Shown piece by piece: positions 18,474 through 24,000 of a stretch of 24,000 bases of DNA. The DNA is from Acidobacteriota bacterium (GTDB lineage: Bacteria > Acidobacteriota > Thermoanaerobaculia > Thermoanaerobaculales > Sulfomarinibacteraceae): positions 6,633-30,632 of the forward strand of contig JAJDNM010000049.1 of assembly GCA_022340665.1 (NCBI GenBank), given 5' to 3'. The notes under the pieces were generated by a model. It had not been told where the DNA came from, did not search any database, and saw only the letters and a list, made by a program, of their open reading frames with translations. A program made the position numbers and the translations under genes. Every line of letters starts with the position of its first letter. Positions within the stretch are counted from its first letter, which is position 1.

Positions 18474-18501
18474 AATTTCGAAATTCGAAATTCAAAATTC
18501 G
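18474..18501 (+). repeat. Four tandem heptads AATTTCG AAATTCG AAATTCA AAATTCG (solo arm of the heptad element family)
   Basis: This is a direct reading of the sequence. It lies in the divergent gap between the OMP gene start and rph, 9 nt upstream of a TATACT box (18510-18515). Like the second arm of copy A, it is preceded by CCC. Confidence 0.5.
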
Positions 18502-18536
18502 CCAAGGTCTATACTCCTCCCGACAAGGAGACGCCG

Positions 18537-19283
18537 ATGCGACCCGACGGACGCCAGCCGCACGAGATCCGGCCGATCACTATCGAGCCCGACTTCATTC
18601 GCTATCCGGAAGGCAGCGTGCTCTACCGCGCAGGAGACACCGTGGTCCTGTGTAATGCCAGCTTGCTCGATCGCACCGCGCCTTTTCTTCGAGGCTCGGG
18701 CGAGGGCTGGGTGACCGCGGAGTACGCCATGCTGCCGCGTGCGACCGACACCCGATCGGAACGCGAGGTCAAGAAGGGCCACCCGAGCGGTCGTTCGCAG
18801 GAGATCCAGCGCCTCATCGGAAGATCCCTGCGCGCCGCCGTCCGCCGTGACCTGCTCGGGGAGTGCACCATCGCCCTCGATTGCGATGTCCTCCAGGCCG
18901 ATGGCTCGACCCGTACCGCTTCGATTTCGGGCGGTTGGATTTCCCTTGTATTCGCACTCGGTCAAATGCAGGAGCAAGGGCTTCTCTCGGAGTGGCCGCT
19001 GACCCACCAGATCATCGCCGTCGCCGTCGGGCTGGTGAACGGCGAAGCGAGGGTCGACCTCGATTACGGCGAGGACTTCGATTGCGACGTCGATCTCAAC
19101 CTCGTGTTCACAGGCGACGGCCGGTTGATCGAAATCCAGGGCACGGCCGAGGGCGAGTCATTTTCTCGTGAGCAACTCGAGTCACTTGTCGACGTGGGAT
19201 GGCGGGGCGCGCAGCAGGTGGCCGCCAAACAGAGGGAGGTCGTCGGACCGAGGTTGGAGGTCCTCGGATTGACGCTGCCATAG
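18537..19283 (+). CDS. rph: Ribonuclease PH
   Basis: The ATG at 18537 has AAGGAG 6 nt upstream. The sequence MRPDGRQPHEIRPITIEPDFIRYPEGSVLYRAGDT...AEYAMLPRAT...GRSQEIQRLIGRSLRA...DCDVLQADGSTRTASISG is typical RNase PH. The 5'-extended ORF (from 18096) overlaps the OMP gene and is rejected. Confidence 0.95.
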   Translation: MRPDGRQPHEIRPITIEPDFIRYPEGSVLYRAGDTVVLCNASLLDRTAPFLRGSGEGWVTAEYAMLPRATDTRSEREVKKGHPSGRSQEIQRLIGRSLRAAVRRDLLGECTIALDCDVLQADGSTRTASISGGWISLVFALGQMQEQGLLSEWPLTHQIIAVAVGLVNGEARVDLDYGEDFDCDVDLNLVFTGDGRLIEIQGTAEGESFSREQLESLVDVGWRGAQQVAAKQREVVGPRLEVLGLTLP

Positions 19284-19284
19284 G

Positions 19285-19388
19285 CAGAATTCGGAATTCG
19301 GATTTCGGAATTCGGAATGCCCGTCGTACCAACAGTAAGGCCGGGGGTGGGCGGGAATTCAGAATTCCGACTTCAGAATTCCGAATTT
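19285..19388 (+). repeat. Heptad-repeat inverted-repeat element, copy C (5 heptads + 32-nt spacer + 5 inverted heptads)
   Basis: GAATTCG GAATTCG GATTTCG GAATTCG GAATGCC lies at 19287-19321 and GGAATTC AGAATTC CGACTTC AGAATTC CGAATTT at 19354-19388. The arms match at about 29 of 35 positions by hand alignment. The element starts 2 nt after the rph stop codon. Confidence 0.7.
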
Positions 19389-19414
19389 CCATCCTCGGGC
19401 GCGAACAGTTCCGA

Positions 19415-19444
19415 TTGACACCCCAATCCGCCGACCCCTATACT
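19415..19444 (+). promoter_or_regulatory. Candidate sigma70-type promoter of the tRNA cluster
   Basis: TTGACA (19415-19420), an 18-nt spacer, then TATACT (19439-19444). This sits about 54 nt upstream of tRNA-Pro. Confidence 0.5.
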
Positions 19445-19497
19445 CGCTGTCCGCCATTTGGCGATTGATCTTTGCAAACAGTGAGTGGACTCCCAGT

Positions 19498-19574
<77 letters not shown>

Positions 19575-19604
19575 TATGACTCCAATACCCCGCTCTGGAC
19601 ACCT

Positions 19605-19681
<77 letters not shown>

Positions 19682-19701
19682 ATACCGCATCACGAAATTG
19701 T

Positions 19702-19778
19702 GGTGGGCGTAGCTCAGTTGGTAGAGCACAGGATTGTGGCTCCTGTGGTCGTGGGTTCGATCCCCATCGCTCACCCCA
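19702..19778 (+). tRNA. tRNA-His (anticodon GTG) with encoded G-1, CCA encoded
   Basis: An extra 5' G (19702) lies opposite discriminator C. Acceptor GTGGGCG/CGCTCAC, anticodon stem CAGGA/TCCTG with loop TTGTGGC, and T-loop TTCGATC. Confidence 0.95.
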
Positions 19779-19785
19779 GATATTT

Positions 19786-19862
19786 GCGCCCGTAGCTCAG
19801 CTGGATAGAGCGATAGCCTCCGGAGCTATAGGTCATGGGTTCGAATCCCGTCGGGCGTACCA
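19786..19862 (+). tRNA. tRNA-Arg (anticodon CCG), CCA encoded
   Basis: Acceptor GCGCCCG/CGGGCGT, anticodon stem ATAGC/GCTAT with loop CTCCGGA, and T-arm ATGGG-TTCGAAT-CCCGT. Length is 77 nt. Confidence 0.95.
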
Positions 19863-19871
19863 ATTGTCCTT

Positions 19872-19898
19872 GGCCTCCCATTCCGGGAGGCCTTTTTT
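19872..19898 (+). terminator. Rho-independent terminator of the tRNA cluster
   Basis: GGCCTCCC (19872-19879) pairs with GGGAGGCC (19885-19892) around a 5-nt loop. TTTTTT follows at 19893-19898. Confidence 0.8.
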
Positions 19899-20051
19899 GG
19901 GTCGAACACACCGTCGGCTGCGGCATGTGGCCGTAGCCGAGGGGGTCTTCGAGAGGGAGGATGGGAGGTCTTTTCGCTCGAATCGAATTGCGCGTCGCAG
20001 CAGATGCATCATGAAAAATGCGGGTTAGACTGACACGGGGCGAAGCTGGAG

Positions 20052-20522
20052 GTGCTGCGGGTGTCCGGAATCATGGCATGGGTCAGCGAATACGAGGGCC
20101 TCCTGCAGTGGCTTGGAGGCCTGTCGCTACTCCTGTTCGTGGCGACCTTGGTCATATTCCCGCTGATCATCATTCAGCTGCCGGCTGATTACTTCATCCG
20201 CGATTGTCGGGACCCTGCTTATCAGTCGCGGCGCCACCCCGCCGTGTGGTTCACTCTGATGGTGCTCAAAAACCTGCTCGGCGTGGCGTTGATCCTCGCA
20301 GGTCTCGCCATGCTGGTGCTCCCGGGCCAGGGCCTGTTGACAATCCTGATCGGGCTGACCCTGGTCAACTTCCCGGGCAAGTTCGCTCTCGAGCGCCGGA
20401 TGGTCAGGCGCCCCCGGGTGTCGAAGACGCTGAACCGGATTCGCGCCAGAGCAGGAAAACCACCGCTCGAGATCCCTCCGTCCGACGATCAGTGCGACGA
20501 GCCAGGGAATGGGTCGGATTGA
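20052..20522 (+). CDS. Small integral membrane protein (PGPGW-like; function unknown)
   Basis: The product is up to 156 aa with 3-4 hydrophobic helices, and LVLPGQGLLTILIG resembles the PGPGW-family motif. The start is uncertain: GTG 20052, GTG 20061 (9 nt after GGAGG at 20047-20051) or ATG 20073. Its stop overlaps the next gene's ATG (TGATG). Confidence 0.5.
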   Translation: MLRVSGIMAWVSEYEGLLQWLGGLSLLLFVATLVIFPLIIIQLPADYFIRDCRDPAYQSRRHPAVWFTLMVLKNLLGVALILAGLAMLVLPGQGLLTILIGLTLVNFPGKFALERRMVRRPRVSKTLNRIRARAGKPPLEIPPSDDQCDEPGNGSD

Positions 20523-21958
20523 TGAACAGTCTGCAGATGATCCATCTCCAGCCCAGGGCTCCTCGACGGGCATTGCCGGTTGTTGCCCTCTTGGCAGCCC
20601 TTGTGGCTTGGCAGACCGCCTGCATCGATGACGGTGGCCCGCCGCCACCGCCCGACATTCTGCTGATCACCATCGACACGTTGCGGGCCGACGCCCTTGC
20701 AGCCTACGGCGCGATTGACACCGTGACCCCGAATGCCGTGCGGCTGGCCGAAAAGGGTGTGCTCTACGAGGCCGCGACCACGCCCATGCCCTTGACCCGA
20801 CCCGCGCACGCATCGATTCTTACCGGGTTGTACCCGGACCAACACGGGGTTTTGACCAACCATCAGATCCTGTCCGGCGAAGTGGAAACGGTCGCTGAGA
20901 CCCTGCGCGATTTCGGATACCAAACTGGCGGCTTCACAGGTGTGGGACTGCTCAACCAGAGATCCGGCCTCGCCCAGGGATTCGACGCCTTTGTGGCGCC
21001 GACCGGGAAGAAGACGCCGCGCGCGAAGGAGGTGGTAGACCGCGCCGTCGCGTGGCTTCGCGGAGCCGATCCGGCAACTCCGCTCCTGCTCTGGGTACAC
21101 GTCTACGACCCGCATCAGCCCTACAACCCGCTGCCCAAGTTCCGCCGCGACATCGACCCGGAACAGGAGCGCCGCATCCCCGACATCCGTTGGAATACGC
21201 TCAATCGGATCGCGAAGCAGAACGATCACGAAGTCCCTGGAGAAGTGCTGGACCTGGCCCTGGACTACTACCGTTTCGAGGTCGAGTACACCGATTTCTG
21301 GATCGGTCGCCTGATGCAGAACTTCGACCGAATTCGTGCATCGCGCCGTTCGATGGTGATCCTCACGGCGGATCACGGTGAGTGCTTCGAGAACGGCTAC
21401 TACTTCGAGCATGCCGACTGCCTCGGCGAAGGGGCCCTGTGGGTGCCCCTGATCATCCGCTATCCGGACGGCGTCGGAGCCGGCCTCAGGGTGGAACGAC
21501 GTGTCAGCAACCTCGACATCACGCCGACAATTCTGCACGAGCTGTCGATTCCGATCCGCGAGCGTCTCGCCGGCCTGCCTCTCCAGCGGGAGGGCAGCGG
21601 CGATCGGGACCGGACCGTTCTGGTCCGGCCACCCGAGGTCCACAACAAGGATCGAGTGCCGACGCGGCTTCGCGTCATCCGAAGGGTAGCCGGCGACCCG
21701 GTTGCTCCGGCGACCGATCCCCGCACTCGAGGGGTCGTGGATCTAAGGTGGAAGTTCCTGCGGACACCCGACACGGAACACCTGTTCCGGCTGCCGGATG
21801 AGAGGGTCAACAGGATCTCGACAGAGACGGACGCTCGCGATCGCATGTCGCGGGCTCTCGAGACCGAGATGCGGAGGTATCCGCCCGAGAGTATCGCCGA
21901 GGAAGACCTGGATCCGGAGACCCTCGAGGCGCTTGAGGCTCTGGGTTACGTGCGGTGA
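20522..21958 (+). CDS. Sulfatase-fold (alkaline-phosphatase superfamily) hydrolase/transferase, probable lipoprotein
   Basis: The ORF 20204..21958 is trimmed to the ATG at 20522. The N-terminus is signal/lipobox-like (ALPVVALLAALVAWQTAC). The sulfatase-domain layout includes ILLITIDTLRADAL, TPMPLTRPAHASILTGLYP and ILTADHGE. Confidence 0.8.
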   Translation: MNSLQMIHLQPRAPRRALPVVALLAALVAWQTACIDDGGPPPPPDILLITIDTLRADALAAYGAIDTVTPNAVRLAEKGVLYEAATTPMPLTRPAHASILTGLYPDQHGVLTNHQILSGEVETVAETLRDFGYQTGGFTGVGLLNQRSGLAQGFDAFVAPTGKKTPRAKEVVDRAVAWLRGADPATPLLLWVHVYDPHQPYNPLPKFRRDIDPEQERRIPDIRWNTLNRIAKQNDHEVPGEVLDLALDYYRFEVEYTDFWIGRLMQNFDRIRASRRSMVILTADHGECFENGYYFEHADCLGEGALWVPLIIRYPDGVGAGLRVERRVSNLDITPTILHELSIPIRERLAGLPLQREGSGDRDRTVLVRPPEVHNKDRVPTRLRVIRRVAGDPVAPATDPRTRGVVDLRWKFLRTPDTEHLFRLPDERVNRISTETDARDRMSRALETEMRRYPPESIAEEDLDPETLEALEALGYVR

Positions 21959-21965
21959 CGCACCC

Positions 21966-22634
21966 TCACGAACGCCGACGCTGCCTGGGACCTGGAGTCG
22001 CGCGTTTCAGGGTCTGCAACAGCACGCGACCGGGCCCCGTCAGTCGGGTCATGAAGAATCCTTCGCCTCCGAAGGCCATCCGCCGAAAGCCGGCCACGCC
22101 CTGGATATCGTAATCAACGGACTCGGCGAAGGCCGCGAGACTGCCGGTCGATATCAGCAACGATTCACCTTCGGAAAGTTTTCGCTCGATGAAATCGCCA
22201 GAGCCATGCACCAACACCGTGCCCGAGCCTGAAATCTGCTGCAAAAAGAGCCCGGCACCGCCAAAGAATGCCGCGCCGGCCCGCCTGGAGACACGGACAT
22301 CGATATCGACCCTGGGCCCAAATGCACAGACAAACGATCCACGGGTCGTAATCACAGGCCCCTCATCGAGGTTCCAGGCGACAATCTTCCCGGGTTGGTT
22401 GGCTGCAAGGGTTGCGCGCTGCCCATCGGCGGAGGCTGTGACTGAAATCAGAGCAAGCCCCTCACCCGACATCATGCGGCGCATCGCACCGCTCGCCCCG
22501 CCCGGGATCTTGAGCGTCCATCCGAGTCCGGGATCCATGGCGACTATAGAGCCCTTGCTCGCCCAACAGGTTTCGTCGTTCTCCATCACCAAATCTGCAA
22601 CCTGGGCCAGTTCGCCGTGGATGGTGTACTGCAT
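21966..22634 (-). CDS. AIM24/TIGR00266 (DUF124) family protein
   Basis: The ORF is trimmed to the ATG at 22634, where the family-typical N-terminus begins (MQYTIHGELAQVADLVMENDETCWASKGSIVAMD...). Later motifs are FFGGAGLFLQQISGSGTVLVHGSGDF and GEGFFMTRLTGPGRVLLQT. The alternative GTG at 22880 would add 82 aa with poor codon bias. Confidence 0.8.
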   Translation of the reverse strand: MQYTIHGELAQVADLVMENDETCWASKGSIVAMDPGLGWTLKIPGGASGAMRRMMSGEGLALISVTASADGQRATLAANQPGKIVAWNLDEGPVITTRGSFVCAFGPRVDIDVRVSRRAGAAFFGGAGLFLQQISGSGTVLVHGSGDFIERKLSEGESLLISTGSLAAFAESVDYDIQGVAGFRRMAFGGEGFFMTRLTGPGRVLLQTLKRATPGPRQRRRS

Positions 22635-22718
22635 TCGCTTCCCCCTGGGTTCATCGGGCCACAACAGATCAACCGCTGCCTGATCGTTATACTCCGCCCG
22701 TCGGAGGGTATTCCAGTT

Positions 22719-22952
22719 GTGATCAGTCCTGAACCTTTCGAACGATATCTCTCGGTACTGGGAATCAAGCAGGGGGAACCCACCCTGGATCGCCGCGTGC
22801 TCACCGAGTCGCCTCCGAACGGAGCCACGACCAGAACCCTCGCCAACAGGTCCGAGCTCGCCGCAGCGATCGAGTACCACTGCGGTATCGAATACGAGAT
22901 CGTCCTCGAATTGATCGCCGATGTCGCCCGCGAGAGCGACATCTACAGCTGA
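22719..22952 (+). CDS. Hypothetical small protein (very uncertain; start unclear)
   Basis: The plus-frame ORF ends at 22952. By hand count, third-position GC over about 22785-22949 is ~84% in this frame versus ~56% in the AIM24-extension frame. The C-terminus reads ...ELAAAIEYHCGIEYEIVLELIADVARESDIYS. Possible starts are GTG 22719 (GGAGGG 10 nt upstream) and GTG 22797. I recognise no family. Confidence 0.25.
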   Translation: MISPEPFERYLSVLGIKQGEPTLDRRVLTESPPNGATTRTLANRSELAAAIEYHCGIEYEIVLELIADVARESDIYS

Positions 22953-23064
22953 ATACTGCGCGCCGCGCTCTTCCTGGCGAGACAGATCAACTGCGAATAT
23001 GTAGAATCACCGAACCTAAAGGCAAACGTGAACCAGAACGACTCGACGAAAGGAGGAGTCAGAT

Positions 23065-24000
23065 ATGAAGGGTCTCATGTGGCTGGGGGTGCTCGGGCTC
23101 GTGTTGCTGTGCCTGCTCTGCCCCTGGTGTCGAGCTCCGGCGATTGAAGATGACGTACGGAGCGCTGCAACGTCGTGTGCGGTAGACGCCGGGCTGGATC
23201 CCGCAATGATCTCGGTATCCGGTCGCGACGTCACACTTTCCGGCACGGTCGCATCGGAGGCGGTCGCCCAAAGTCTCACGAACTGCATCGATGAGTTCGA
23301 AGGCACTCGCAAAATCAATAATGAGCTGACGGTCCTGGTCCCCGGCGCTCTCGGGTTTCAGACTCGGTATGGTGACGTGACGATTTCGGGTGTTGCGCCG
23401 ACAGCCGAGGTGCGCAGCGCGATCATCGACGAAGCGGTTGCCCTGTGGGGGGCTGAAAATGTTACAGACAGGCTCGAGGCCGACCCGACCCGAACCGTCG
23501 GCGGTTGGACAGACGACGACTTCGCGCAGTTCCTGGCCGCTCTGCACCATTATCGGAAAGACCTCGACATCGAGCTGACGAATGGTCAGGCGATCATCTC
23601 AGGCACGGTTCTGAGCGAACTCGCGAAGGAACGGGTGCTGGGTGGTGCCACCACCCTCCTGCCCGAGTTCGAGATTGTCGACCGGCTGACGATTCGCGAG
23701 CCGACTGACGATCGCGAAGCGCTCCAGGCCAGCCTGGACACCCTGCTTACCGGTAAGACGGTCGAGTTCGAAACCGACAGCGCGAATCTGACGGCACAGG
23801 GCCGAAAGGTCCTCGACGAGGTCATCACCATTTTGCGCAAGTACCCGGGCCGGGTGGAGATATCAGGCCACACCGACTCCACCGGCCAGATGGACCACAA
23901 TCTCGATCTCAGCCGGCGCCGGGCGGAGGCCGTCAAACGGTACTTCGTGGCCAAAAGAATCAAAGAGTCCCGGTTCGAAACCTTTGGTTACGGACCGACG
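23065..24000 (+). CDS. BON-domain / OmpA-C-like domain protein (5' part; continues past the window end)
   Basis: This gene is absent from the ORF track because no stop lies in the window. The ATG at 23065 has AAGGAGGAG at 23050-23058. Manual translation gives MKGLMWLGVLGLVLLCLLCPWCRA..., BON-like segments (ISVSGRDVTLSGTVASEAVAQ and IISGTVLSELAKERV), then an OmpA-like peptidoglycan-binding domain (VEFETDSANLTAQGRKVLDEVITILRKYPGRVEISGHTDSTGQMDHNLDLSRRRAEAVKRYF). Confidence 0.85.
   Translation, partial: MKGLMWLGVLGLVLLCLLCPWCRAPAIEDDVRSAATSCAVDAGLDPAMISVSGRDVTLSGTVASEAVAQSLTNCIDEFEGTRKINNELTVLVPGALGFQTRYGDVTISGVAPTAEVRSAIIDEAVALWGAENVTDRLEADPTRTVGGWTDDDFAQFLAALHHYRKDLDIELTNGQAIISGTVLSELAKERVLGGATTLLPEFEIVDRLTIREPTDDREALQASLDTLLTGKTVEFETDSANLTAQGRKVLDEVITILRKYPGRVEISGHTDSTGQMDHNLDLSRRRAEAVKRYFVAKRIKESRFETFGYGPT

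Noticed and set aside
18096-18536. A 5' extension of the rph ORF (18096..19283, 395 aa) overlaps the outer-membrane gene.
   Set aside because: The canonical RNase PH N-terminus (MRPDGR) starts at 18537 behind an AAGGAG SD. The extension is antisense to a beta-barrel gene and has no RNase PH similarity.
9081-19388. I considered whether the short tandem repeats could be a CRISPR array or a degenerate one.
   Set aside because: The units are 7 nt and contiguous, with no 25-40-nt spacers. The arms are inverted copies of each other, and no cas genes are present. This is not CRISPR architecture.
19951-20014. A purine-rich GAGAGGGAGGATGGGAGG tract is followed by a 17-codon mini-ORF (MGGLFARIELRVAADAS) upstream of the membrane/sulfatase pair, which could be a leader peptide.
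   Set aside because: The SD-like tract abuts the ATG with no spacer. The peptide has no regulatory-codon bias, and no alternative terminator or antiterminator hairpins are apparent.
20204-20521. The 5'-extended sulfatase ORF (from 20204) overlaps the small membrane gene.
   Set aside because: The extension is Arg/Pro/Gly-rich and sits out of frame over a hydrophobic membrane ORF. The ATG at 20522 gives a proper signal/lipobox N-terminus and TGATG coupling.
22586-22942. A minus-strand ORF of 118 aa, rich in Ser and Arg, lies in the AIM24-OmpA gap.
   Set aside because: It shares third-codon positions with the plus-strand candidate, so it inherits the same GC3 signal. It is dominated by TCG/CGG codons and Ser/Arg runs typical of antisense frames. 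The plus-strand reading is more protein-like, though itself uncertain.

Overview
This is a GC-rich bacterial chromosomal segment made up mostly of core housekeeping genes. I found no CRISPR array, prophage, integrase or recognisable defence or toxin cassette.

Minus strand, window order 1 to 14485:
- The 5' part of the F-type ATP synthase a-subunit gene (atpB) runs off the left edge. I found it by hand because it is not in the ORF track.
- atpI-like and atpZ-like small membrane genes follow.
- A complete 11-gene complex I operon, nuoA-B-C-D-H-I-J-K-L-M-N, has no nuoE/F/G.
- A single IS200-like/REP-associated tyrosine transposase (RAYT) is embedded in clusters of GC-rich REP-like hairpins.
- comM/yifB follows.

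Plus strand and mixed, 14728 to 24000:
- tmRNA (ssrA).
- An Amidase_3 cell-wall amidase with a GerMN-domain partner.
- An outer-membrane beta-barrel gene (minus strand).
- rph.
- A tRNA cluster Pro(TGG)-Arg(TCT)-His(GTG)-Arg(CCG) with promoter and intrinsic terminator.
- A small membrane protein translationally coupled to a sulfatase-fold lipoprotein.
- An AIM24/TIGR00266-family gene (minus strand).
- The 5' part of a BON+OmpA-domain protein running off the right edge, also absent from the ORF track.

The least explained signal is a family of ~100-nt AT-rich elements. Each has five tandem heptads (GGAATNN type), a ~30-nt spacer and five inverted heptads. Two clearly homologous copies exist, one splitting nuoD from nuoH and one directly after rph, plus partial or degenerate copies. 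Other points worth a second look are the RAYT/REP locus next to the nuo promoter, the N-module-less complex I abutting the atp genes, and a disordered N-terminal extension on NuoC. All family assignments come from reading motifs by eye, and no database search was run.
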